37,492 bases of DNA, taken from the IMG/VR virus record IMGVR_UViG_3300032314_000486, positions 1 to 37,492 of that record. One strand, 5' to 3'. Made by a program: the position numbers and the translations under genes. The notes beneath the pieces were generated by a model. That model saw only the letters and a list, made by a program, of their open reading frames with translations. It was not told the origin of the DNA and searched no databases. How positions within the stretch are numbered: position 1 is the first letter of the stretch; every line of letters starts with the position of its first letter. The DNA is from a virus. Lineage: Duplodnaviria > Caudoviricetes. This document shows, in pieces, positions 27,090-34,923 of the stretch.

Positions 27090-27755
27090 ATGTCCACCAC
27101 CACCACAAAAACAGCACCGGCAGCGGCTCCCAAGACCGCTGGAATCAAAAAAATCAACCTCGGCGGCATCGCCGCGCCCAAGGAGAAAAAGGGGACGGAT
27201 TACCCGATCCTGCCCGATCCCGATGGCGACGTCTCGAAGCTCGTCCAGGACATCATCGCCGAAACCCGCGAACTGGAAGCCCTCACCGGCTCCCTCGACG
27301 CCAAGAAAGCCGAACTCCGCACCCTCGCGTCCGGCTTTTACTTCGACCACCTGCACGGCCGTCACGAGATCCCGTCGTCCATCGAGTGCAAGAATTGCAG
27401 CGACAGCGTGCTCGTCACGTTCTCATCCCGCTACAAGACCATCAGCGACGAGAGCCCGTTGATCGAGGCCATCGGCGAGGACCGCACGGCGCAATACTTC
27501 CGCCAAGCCTTCGAGCTGAAAATCGACGGCGACAAACTCCCGCCCGAGCAAGCCGAGAACATCATCACCGCCCTGCAGGAACTCCTGGCCGAGAACAACG
27601 CGGCCGAAGCCCTCAGCGCGAAGTCCGTCATCAAACCCACGCCCGACTTCCACACCGCCCGCCACACTGCCCTCAGCGTGGAGGAAAACCGCGCCGTAGA
27701 AATGGTTTGCCCCATCGTCGCGATGGTCAAAACCAAGGGCCGGAAGAAGGAATGA
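27090..27755 (+). CDS. Hypothetical coiled-coil-containing protein
   Basis: 221 aa; ATGA overlap with the ligase-like gene. Confidence 0.75.
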   Translation: MSTTTTKTAPAAAPKTAGIKKINLGGIAAPKEKKGTDYPILPDPDGDVSKLVQDIIAETRELEALTGSLDAKKAELRTLASGFYFDHLHGRHEIPSSIECKNCSDSVLVTFSSRYKTISDESPLIEAIGEDRTAQYFRQAFELKIDGDKLPPEQAENIITALQELLAENNAAEALSAKSVIKPTPDFHTARHTALSVEENRAVEMVCPIVAMVKTKGRKKE

Positions 27756-28345
27756 ACATTCCCACCTTCCCCGCCCGCCCCATCAATGGCGGGCCGCTGG
27801 ACCGCGCCAGGCCGAAGAACGGCGACTGGTGGGCCGAGCCCAAATACAACGGATGGCGCGTGCTCGTTCACGCGCCATCCCGGGCCTGCTGGAACCGCGA
27901 GGGCAAGCCGCTTTCCATCGAATCCGCCTTCGCCGATTCCCTGCTCAAGCTCGCCGAGGTCGCCGACGCCACCGACATCGCGTGGTTTGACTGCGAAGGG
28001 CTGGAACGCCGGCACAAAATCGGTCAAGGCTCCCTCGTCGTCCTCGATGCCATCATCCTGCCAGGACGGCCGATCTACTCCGAGCGCAGGCGGATGCTGG
28101 AAGCGGCCATCCCCCTTCACCGCTGGAACGAAACGATCCCCGCAAACTCGCTCCGGCTGGTCGATACCAAAGACTCCGACATCGCCCCCGAGCTTTGGGA
28201 AAAACTCAAGGAATTCAATGCCGAGCACGGCGCGGAGTTCTACGAGGGCATCGTGATGAAACGCCTCACCTCCCCTTACCCGATCCAGATCCGCTCACCC
28301 CGCGAAGAGTTCGCCGGATGGATGAAACACCGCTGGGAATTTTAA
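27752..28345 (+). CDS. Minimal ATP-dependent ligase (adenylation domain only)
   Basis: ATG 27752; motifs EPKYNGWR (I), FDCE (III), VLDAI (IIIa), EGIVMK (IV), WMK (V), then stop. Confidence 0.8.
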   Translation: MNIPTFPARPINGGPLDRARPKNGDWWAEPKYNGWRVLVHAPSRACWNREGKPLSIESAFADSLLKLAEVADATDIAWFDCEGLERRHKIGQGSLVVLDAIILPGRPIYSERRRMLEAAIPLHRWNETIPANSLRLVDTKDSDIAPELWEKLKEFNAEHGAEFYEGIVMKRLTSPYPIQIRSPREEFAGWMKHRWEF

Positions 28346-28347
28346 TC

Positions 28348-28366
28348 CATCCTTACCGTAAGGATG
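28348..28366. repeat. Palindrome A, copy 11
   Basis: CATCCTTACCGTAAGGATG between the two ligase genes. Confidence 0.95.
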
Positions 28367-28386
28367 GCAACCACCAAAACCACACC

Positions 28387-29505
28387 ATGCAAAAAACCAC
28401 CCTGTATTTCCGCGAAGGAAACTCCGACAAAATCTATCAAGCCACGCTCGAACCCCAGGCCGACGGCTACGTCGTCAATTTCGCCTACGGCCGCCGCGGC
28501 GCCACCCTCACCACGGGCACGAAAACCAGATCTCCGCTCCCACTCCTGGAAGCAACGGAGATCTACAACCGCCTCGTCCTTTCCAAGACCGCCAAGGGCT
28601 ACACCCACGGCGAGGACGGGACGCCTTACGTCGCACCAGCCACCCACAAATGCGGGCAGTGCGGGGCGATGAACCACATCGTCAATGAGTGCCGCTGCGA
28701 CCCGAACAATCTGCCCACGAAGCTGCCGCCACGCCCGCAACTGCTCAATTCCGTGGAGGAGTCCCAGTTGCGGCCCTTGCTGGTGAACCCCGCCATCGTC
28801 GTGCAGCAGAAATACGACGGCCGCCGGATGTTGCTCCGCAAAGAGGACGAGCAAGTGACCGCCTTCAACAAAAAGGGCCAACCCTGCGGCCTGCCCACCC
28901 CGATCCGCGACAAGGCGGCCTCGCTCGGCGGCAATTTCCTGATGGATGGCGAGGCCGTGGGAGACACCTTCTACGCCTTCGATCTCCTGGAATCGCACAC
29001 CGATCTGCGGGGTCTCGCCTACCGCCTGCGCCTCAGCAACCTCGAAGCCAAGTTGCGGAACATTTCGGGAGCGATCCAACTCGTCCCGAGCCACGATGGC
29101 GGCGGTCTCAAAAAGACGCTCTTCCTCGAACAGCTCCGCCGCGAGAAAGCCGAGGGAATCGTCCTGAAAAATCTCAACGCCCCGTATTCCGCCGGTCGCC
29201 CGAACTCCGGCGGCGACCAGCTCAAGTTCAAGTTCGTCGCCTCCGCGTCCGTCCTGGTCGAGAAGGTGAACGCCAAGCGGAGCGTCCGCATTGCCCTCTA
29301 CCGAGGCGAGAAACTCGTCCCGGCGGGCAACGTCACCATCCCGCCCAACCAACCCATCCCCAAGGCCGGGGACGTCGCCGAAGTCCGCTACCTCTACGCC
29401 ATCCCTGAGAGCGGCGCGCTCTACCAGCCCGTCTATCTCGGAGTCCGCGACGATGTGGACGCCGCCGAGTGCCTCGCCGACCAACTCAAATACAAGGCCG
29501 CCTAA
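28387..29505 (+). CDS. WGR-domain ATP-dependent DNA ligase
   Basis: N-terminal SDKIY...YGRRG...KTAKGY (WGR-like); QKYDGRR, MDGE, AFDLL, EGIVLK, KFKF; OB-fold tail ending PVYLGVRDD. Confidence 0.85.
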   Translation: MQKTTLYFREGNSDKIYQATLEPQADGYVVNFAYGRRGATLTTGTKTRSPLPLLEATEIYNRLVLSKTAKGYTHGEDGTPYVAPATHKCGQCGAMNHIVNECRCDPNNLPTKLPPRPQLLNSVEESQLRPLLVNPAIVVQQKYDGRRMLLRKEDEQVTAFNKKGQPCGLPTPIRDKAASLGGNFLMDGEAVGDTFYAFDLLESHTDLRGLAYRLRLSNLEAKLRNISGAIQLVPSHDGGGLKKTLFLEQLRREKAEGIVLKNLNAPYSAGRPNSGGDQLKFKFVASASVLVEKVNAKRSVRIALYRGEKLVPAGNVTIPPNQPIPKAGDVAEVRYLYAIPESGALYQPVYLGVRDDVDAAECLADQLKYKAA

Positions 29506-29507
29506 CC

Positions 29508-29744
29508 ATGCTCATCATCGCCACACCCGACCGTCCCGTCACGATCTACTACTGCAAGGCCAACCTCAAAACCGGCCTGACCGTGCGCGTCGTCACCCCT
29601 GATGCCTCTTACGACTGCCGCGGCGCACGGCTCCACCGCGTCGGCGCGGAGATCATCCACGGCAACAGCACCGGAAAACCAAAGGCATCCGGCGCGCGGT
29701 GCGTCCTCACCGCCACCAGCGGGACCATCGAACTCATCAAATAA
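29508..29744 (+). CDS. Hypothetical protein
   Basis: ATG 29508, 2 nt after the ligase stop. Confidence 0.6.
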   Translation: MLIIATPDRPVTIYYCKANLKTGLTVRVVTPDASYDCRGARLHRVGAEIIHGNSTGKPKASGARCVLTATSGTIELIK

Positions 29745-29748
29745 CTCC

Positions 29749-30024
29749 ATGAAATTCCAAAAACTATCACCCAAAGAAGCCCAGGAGCTGGGCGAGGGAA
29801 ATACGGCAGGCTGGAAGGATTACGTCATGGCCCGACCGCCGCGCATCACAAAGGAGGAAGCCGAGACCACTTTTGATCGCGGCTACCTCGCTGGCTATCG
29901 CCTCGCGGGGCAAGGGAAGCGGCCGATGCTCATGCGTCCCGAGAAACCCGACCGCCCGATGGGGGAAAACACGGTTTTCCCATTGCCCCCATATATGGAG
30001 ATCCACCGCACCCGATCCTCCTAA
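29749..30024 (+). CDS. Hypothetical protein
   Basis: ATG 29749 (MKFQKLSPKE...). Confidence 0.55.
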   Translation: MKFQKLSPKEAQELGEGNTAGWKDYVMARPPRITKEEAETTFDRGYLAGYRLAGQGKRPMLMRPEKPDRPMGENTVFPLPPYMEIHRTRSS

Positions 30025-30035
30025 CCGGATATCCA

Positions 30036-30051
30036 AGTTCCATGTGGAACA
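30036..30051. promoter_or_regulatory. parS-like site
   Basis: AGTTCCATGTGGAACA, 14/16 to TGTTCCACGTGGAACA; extra half-site CGTGGAACA at 30054-30062; ParB-family gene about 460 bp downstream. Confidence 0.7.
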
Positions 30052-30069
30052 TTCGTGGAACACCCACCG

Positions 30070-30088
30070 CCTAACCCTCCGTCTTAGC
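30070..30088 (+). promoter_or_regulatory. Motif C, copy 3
   Basis: CCTAACCCTCCGTCTTAGC, 6 nt before ATG 30095. Confidence 0.7.
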
Positions 30089-30094
30089 ACCTCT

Positions 30095-30262
30095 ATGCCA
30101 AAACTCCGATCCGCAGCCCTCGCCACCGGACGCTTCATCATTCGCCACCGTCACGACATCGCCGACGCCCTCATGGTCGTGGCCGCGTTTCTCAAATTCT
30201 GGCCTCCCACCGACGCCTTGCCCGAACCGAAACCCAAATCCAGCCGCCGCAAAACGCCATGA
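30095..30262 (+). CDS. Small hydrophobic peptide, paralog of 19428-19589
   Basis: MPKLRSAALATGRFIIRHRHDIADALMVVAAFLKFW...; ATGA overlap with the next gene. Confidence 0.65.
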   Translation: MPKLRSAALATGRFIIRHRHDIADALMVVAAFLKFWPPTDALPEPKPKSSRRKTP

Positions 30263-30468
30263 AGATGCTCACTTGGAGCCATCCGCACGATGCGCTCGTC
30301 GCCAAATGGACCGCCTTCCCCACCATGGAGCAAATGCTCAATGCCAAGGGCGGTTATCGGCCCTCGCTGTATGTCTTTCGCCGCGAGGTAAAGATCATCG
30401 CCAACGAATACGACCGCCTGCAGGAAGCCCGCGGCGATACCCGCAGAGCCTTCCGCCACACTCGCTAA
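30259..30468 (+). CDS. Hypothetical protein
   Basis: 69 aa, coupled start. Confidence 0.6.
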   Translation: MKMLTWSHPHDALVAKWTAFPTMEQMLNAKGGYRPSLYVFRREVKIIANEYDRLQEARGDTRRAFRHTR

Positions 30469-30482
30469 CCGTCCGTCTTAGC
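30464..30482 (+). promoter_or_regulatory. Motif C, copy 4
   Basis: GCTAACCGTCCGTCTTAGC, 30 nt upstream of the parB ATG. Confidence 0.7.
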
Positions 30483-30512
30483 ACGCCATTTTCCAACCAC
30501 CACCACAATACC

Positions 30513-32078
30513 ATGCCCGACAAACACCTCACCGCCACGCTGGACAAGATTTTTGTCAGCGAACGCAACACCCGCCAACCCAAACCGACCGACCCCGATG
30601 TCCTCTCCCTGGCCGAATCCTTGAAGGCCAGCGGCCAGATCACCGACGGACTGGCCCGCCCGCATCCCAAGAAAAAGGGCTGCTACGAGCTGGCCGCCGG
30701 AGCCCGCCGCCGCGTCGCCCTCGGCGTCGCCGGGATCAAGACGATGAACCTCAAGATCCGCGAGATGACGGACACGGAACTCGATGCGCTCATCCTCGTG
30801 GAAAACTTCCAGCGCGTGAACCCGACGCCCCAAGCCGAGGCCGAAGTCGTCTGCCGCCTCGTCGAGCAGGGCATGACCAACGAGGCCATCGCCGCGCAGT
30901 TGGGCCAGAAGCCCGCCTGGGTCGCCCGCCGCAAGCAACTGCTCAAGGTCATCCCCGCGCTGCGCAAAGAGTGGCGGCCAGATGGCGAGCTGGCCGACTA
31001 CAACGCCGAGATGATGGAATTCATCGGCTCCCTGCCCAAAGTGATGCAGGAGGAGATCGCGGAAAATCTCTGGCACTTCGACCGTTTCAATAGCCGCAAG
31101 GAGCTCGAAAGCCATTTCGCCCGCGAACTCTGTCGCCTCGATGTTGCTCCCTTCGATCTCGACGATCCGAAGTTTTTCAACCCCACCACCAAATGCGGCC
31201 CGGGCTGCGCCACCGATTCCTCGAAGCAGAAAGATCTCTTCGAGTTCAAGGACCGTGAGGGGAAAAAAGACTGCGCCCGCTGCATGAATACCGGTTGCTT
31301 CATGCACCGCCTGGGGCTCTACCAGGCCGCCCGCTACAAGGAACTCACCGCCGGCGAGGATCTCCCCATCGTGGCCGACTTCTACGCCAGCAACGATCAA
31401 ATCGACGTCGGCGGGAAGGCCATGAAAGTCGTCCGCGTCTATGACACCCCCGCGAAGAAGCAGACGCCAAACGCCCGCAAGGTGATTCAGATCGACGCCA
31501 CCGGCGCCCTCACCGTCGGCTGGATCAAAAAAGAGAAAGGCAGCACCGCCGACACCAGCCTGGACAAAGCCACCAAGACCCCCGAGTCCAAGCGCAAGGA
31601 AGGCATCGAAATGCTGCAAGGCAAACGCTGGCTGGCCGTGCTGGAAAAACTCAAGAAAGCCGTGCGCGACGCCACGCTGAAAAACCTGACCGTCCCGCTC
31701 GACGATCTCATCGCCACGCTCGGCTTACCCTTCCGCGTCCAGAATACCGGCTACGAAGTGACCAAAGCACACTGGCCGATCCTCGACGCCCGCAAAAAGG
31801 GATTCCCGCCCGCGAACGAGGGAAACCACGGCCGCGCCACCAAGAAACCCGTCCCCCGCGAGGAAGCCTTGTGGCCCGCCATGCAGAGCGTCCTTCTCGG
31901 CCTGCTGCCCGACCCGGTGAAGGTGAGTTACGCGCCGAACTTCGCCGAAACCTACGAGCGCGTCGGGGCGATCATCAGCTTCGACACCGCCGCGGCGAAG
32001 AAAGCGGCCGACCTCGACATCCTGCCGCCCAAATCCTGGGGCAAGGTGGATCCCCACACCCTCAAACCCGTCAAATAA
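30513..32078 (+). CDS. parB: ParB/Spo0J-family protein with long C-terminal extension
   Basis: ATG 30513; LAESLKASGQI, YELAAGARRRVA, ENFQR, HTH (NEAIAAQLGQKPAWVARR), Cys cluster. Confidence 0.85.
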   Translation: MPDKHLTATLDKIFVSERNTRQPKPTDPDVLSLAESLKASGQITDGLARPHPKKKGCYELAAGARRRVALGVAGIKTMNLKIREMTDTELDALILVENFQRVNPTPQAEAEVVCRLVEQGMTNEAIAAQLGQKPAWVARRKQLLKVIPALRKEWRPDGELADYNAEMMEFIGSLPKVMQEEIAENLWHFDRFNSRKELESHFARELCRLDVAPFDLDDPKFFNPTTKCGPGCATDSSKQKDLFEFKDREGKKDCARCMNTGCFMHRLGLYQAARYKELTAGEDLPIVADFYASNDQIDVGGKAMKVVRVYDTPAKKQTPNARKVIQIDATGALTVGWIKKEKGSTADTSLDKATKTPESKRKEGIEMLQGKRWLAVLEKLKKAVRDATLKNLTVPLDDLIATLGLPFRVQNTGYEVTKAHWPILDARKKGFPPANEGNHGRATKKPVPREEALWPAMQSVLLGLLPDPVKVSYAPNFAETYERVGAIISFDTAAAKKAADLDILPPKSWGKVDPHTLKPVK

Positions 32079-32085
32079 CCGCACC

Positions 32086-32487
32086 ATGAGCGACACCAAA
32101 CTCTTCGAAGAGATTCCCGCCGAAACGAAGGACGAGATTTTCGACCTCGTAAATCAGACCTTCCACGACGGCGCATTTGTCTGGCAGACCATCGAACAAG
32201 GCGACCCCGAAGAAGCTCTCGACACCATTGAGGCCATCAAAAGCCGCTGCGACGAGATTCTCGAAAAGCTGAACGCCCATCGCCTTCCGCCAGCCGCACC
32301 CGAATTCAAAGTCGGCGACCAAGTGGAAATCACCGCCGTGGCGTATCCGAGCGATCCGCGTCACGCGCGATTCGTCGGTCAAATGGGCACGATCAAACGC
32401 ATCTTCAAAACCCGTCCCTGCGCGGATGTCGAAACGTCCATCGGCAATCGCGAGTGCCAGCTTAAAAACCTGAAACTCGTCCCGTGA
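32086..32487 (+). CDS. Hypothetical protein with C-terminal SH3/KOW-like segment
   Basis: FKVGDQVEI...GQMGTI pattern. Confidence 0.65.
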   Translation: MSDTKLFEEIPAETKDEIFDLVNQTFHDGAFVWQTIEQGDPEEALDTIEAIKSRCDEILEKLNAHRLPPAAPEFKVGDQVEITAVAYPSDPRHARFVGQMGTIKRIFKTRPCADVETSIGNRECQLKNLKLVP

Positions 32488-32493
32488 AGCCTC

Positions 32494-33408
32494 GTGCAAA
32501 CATATCTCTTCAAGGCCCGCCCGCCGCTCGTTGTCGCCGATGGGTTGGGTGTGAACTCGACCGCGATGTTGGTGGGAATGCACCATCGCGGCATCCGGCC
32601 TGACCTCATCCTATTCGCGGACACTGGCTCGGAAAAGCAGGCGACTTACGACTATCTCAAGGTCCGCCAGGATTACCTTGCATCCATCGACTTCCCGCCG
32701 GTGATCGTCGTTAAATACGAGCCGAAGAACTTCAAGAATTATCCACCCTACCGGAGCCTCGGAGAAAACTGCCTAACCAACGGCACTCTGCCGTCCCTCG
32801 CGTTCGGATTCAAATCGTGCTCACAGAAGTGGAAGGTGGCCCCGCAAGACGCCTATGTCGCCAAATGGCTGCCAGCGATCGAGAGCTGGACGATGGGCGG
32901 CCGCGTGGTGAAATACATCGGCTACGACGCAGGCCCGCAGGATGCGAAGAGATACGCTCATGTCGAAGGCTATGAAGATCCCTCCTACGAATACCGCTAT
33001 CCCCTGCGGGATTGGAATTGGGACCGCGAGGAATGTCGCCGCCAGATTGTCGCGGCCGGACTGCCGGTTCCTGTAAAAAGCGCGTGCTTCTTCTGTCCGG
33101 CCTCGAAGCCCCAGGAACTCCACGACCTCACGCCGGAAAACCTCCGCTTCATCGTGGCGATGGAAGCCCGCGCCCATCCCCGCCTCACTTCGATTCTCGG
33201 CCTCTGGCGATGCGGATGCAAAGGCACACGGGGAAGTGTCTCCAAGCCAGGCCGCATGACCGATTACATCCGCGCCAAGGGTCTGCTACCGGCATCCGAA
33301 GTGGACGAACTCTGGAACTCCATGCCGACGCAGATCGAGGAATTCCAAGCGGCCGTCCAAGGTGGTTCGCCGCTCGCTCAATTTCTCGCGGAGCAAGATT
33401 TACAATGA
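32494..33408 (+). CDS. PAPS-reductase-like PP-loop protein
   Basis: VVADGLGVNSTAML, FADTGSE, SCSQKWK, YPLRDWNWDREEC, KSACFFCP. Confidence 0.75.
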   Translation: MQTYLFKARPPLVVADGLGVNSTAMLVGMHHRGIRPDLILFADTGSEKQATYDYLKVRQDYLASIDFPPVIVVKYEPKNFKNYPPYRSLGENCLTNGTLPSLAFGFKSCSQKWKVAPQDAYVAKWLPAIESWTMGGRVVKYIGYDAGPQDAKRYAHVEGYEDPSYEYRYPLRDWNWDREECRRQIVAAGLPVPVKSACFFCPASKPQELHDLTPENLRFIVAMEARAHPRLTSILGLWRCGCKGTRGSVSKPGRMTDYIRAKGLLPASEVDELWNSMPTQIEEFQAAVQGGSPLAQFLAEQDLQ

Positions 33409-33905
33409 AAGCCCTCGACGACATCCGGCCGGAAGTGACCGAGCACGATCGACGCGCCTACGAGGTTCGCAAAGGCATGGCCGACGAGGCCCGCGAGCAA
33501 TACTACGCCGCCATGCGCGCGCTGGGGCCCGGTTACGACGCTTATGGAGCCTGGCACTTGCGCGACAGGATGGGCCTCGCGCCCGAGCAGGTTTTTTACT
33601 GCGCCCGCAAGCAAGGCCAGCGATGGCTGCCGGACCCGCCGGTGCGTTTCGAGTATGAACGCCTGCCAGGGCGATACTTCACAAAGACCGACGGGACGTT
33701 CATTGCCTGCGGTCTGCGATGGGAGGCCCGCCTGCAGGTCATTCACCACAACTATTCCCCACAGCCGCCGGAGAAACTGGCCGAGGCCCGCGCCACGCGC
33801 GAGCGCAAGGACATTCTCAAAAAAGCCGACGACATGCCGCTCTTCCGCGAAACAGTCATTGCCGGAAAATTCCCATTCAACAAAAAGCCCCGTAAAAAAC
33901 GATGA
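33405..33905 (+). CDS. Hypothetical protein
   Basis: ATG 33405 overlapping the upstream stop. Confidence 0.65.
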   Translation: MKALDDIRPEVTEHDRRAYEVRKGMADEAREQYYAAMRALGPGYDAYGAWHLRDRMGLAPEQVFYCARKQGQRWLPDPPVRFEYERLPGRYFTKTDGTFIACGLRWEARLQVIHHNYSPQPPEKLAEARATRERKDILKKADDMPLFRETVIAGKFPFNKKPRKKR

Positions 33906-34375
33906 TCACATTCGCCCTTGCACCCCCGCGCCGACGGGCGAAAGTTCTCCGCATGGATGAATCTATTCACGTGCTCCGCCTATACAAATCTCATGACTTC
34001 TGGTGCTTCGACGATCCGGACCGCGGGATCTCCGAGGAACCTTTCGTGGAGGGGACCGATGTCTTGATTGACCAATTCCGCGAGATGTCCGTGCCGGGAG
34101 TCGAACGACCTTTGTTGATGTTTTCCAAGTCACCGTTCGCCGGCGGGGTCTCCCTGCAATGGGAGAAGAAGGAGCTGCGCGCGGGCGAGGAATGGAACCG
34201 CTACGGCTGCCGGGATTTCGGCCTGTCGGGATGGCTGTGTCCGGTGATGCTGAAGTATTTTCCGGAGGCTCCGCCTCAACTTTTCGCCCGCCTGTGCAAC
34301 TGGCCGAACATCACCGCGCCAGCATTCACCCTTGCGCGGGGCGAGGTTTCCGAATCAGAGGCGTATAGACCTTGA
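33902..34375 (+). CDS. Hypothetical protein (DUF6717-like)
   Basis: WCFDD...EEPFVEG...GWLCPVMLKYF; family recalled from memory. Overlaps the convergent gene by 50 nt. Confidence 0.6.
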   Translation: MITFALAPPRRRAKVLRMDESIHVLRLYKSHDFWCFDDPDRGISEEPFVEGTDVLIDQFREMSVPGVERPLLMFSKSPFAGGVSLQWEKKELRAGEEWNRYGCRDFGLSGWLCPVMLKYFPEAPPQLFARLCNWPNITAPAFTLARGEVSESEAYRP

Positions 34376-34907
34376 GGGTCTCCCTCACAGCCTCGCGATG
34401 CGTGGGCGTGAAGGCGCCGCGGAGCATCTTGAGCATTTCCACGCGGTCGGGTTCGTAACCTTTCTTTGCGTAGTGCCGGCGGAGGGTGGCCGTCGGGATG
34501 GGCGCATCGTTGGCAGCGTGGGCATGGGCGTCGGCCACGGTCCGCGAAGTGATGCCGCGCTTGTCGAAACGGGAGCCGTTCGTTCCCATGACGGCTTTTT
34601 CGATGCGGGCACCGTCCACGGCATTCCGAAAGGTCTCGCCCGATGTGCGGGCGCGCGGCGCGGCGATGTTCACGATCTCATTTTGCTTTTTCCCGGTCAC
34701 GCGATAGGCGAGCTGCGGGTCGCCGGATTTGGCGGAGTCCGCGGCGATCTGTCCAGGTTTCAGCTCGCGGCGGGGTTTGTAAACCGTGAGTTTGCGATCG
34801 GCGCGGGCGATCTTTTTGCCGCCGACAAAAAGCGGGGAGCGTGACACGAGTACGCCGGATTTGAGCTTGAGGGCGAAGTCGAAAAGCATTCCGGGCCGGA
34901 GTTCCAT
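34326..34907 (-). CDS. Basic hypothetical protein with N-terminal LRPGM motif
   Basis: 193 aa directly after terminase; starts MELRPGMLFDFA; GTGACA 14 nt upstream. Confidence 0.65.
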   Translation of the reverse strand: MELRPGMLFDFALKLKSGVLVSRSPLFVGGKKIARADRKLTVYKPRRELKPGQIAADSAKSGDPQLAYRVTGKKQNEIVNIAAPRARTSGETFRNAVDGARIEKAVMGTNGSRFDKRGITSRTVADAHAHAANDAPIPTATLRRHYAKKGYEPDRVEMLKMLRGAFTPTHREAVRETLKVYTPLIRKPRPAQG

Positions 34908-34923
34908 GAAGAGTGCGCGGTTG

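Noticed and set aside
26876-27751. Long N-terminal extension of the short ligase ORF
   Set aside because: Out-of-frame overlap with 27090-27755; the ATGA-coupled start at 27752 fits better.
19376-28366. Palindrome repeats as a CRISPR array
   Set aside because: Spacing is 0.6-2.1 kb with whole genes between copies, and no cas genes are present.
21427-28366. Integron attC cassette array
   Set aside because: Repeats are 17-19 bp perfect palindromes without RYYYAAC/GTTRRRY ends, and no integron integrase is seen.
3513-28366. Recurrent peptide HPYRKD/HPYGKD in many ORF-track translations
   Set aside because: It is the translation of palindrome A in spurious frames, not a protein motif.
19376-34375. 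Plus-strand block as an independent mobile element
   Set aside because: No recombinase, transposase or att-like direct repeats at its ends, and it shares motifs A and C with the flanking phage genes.
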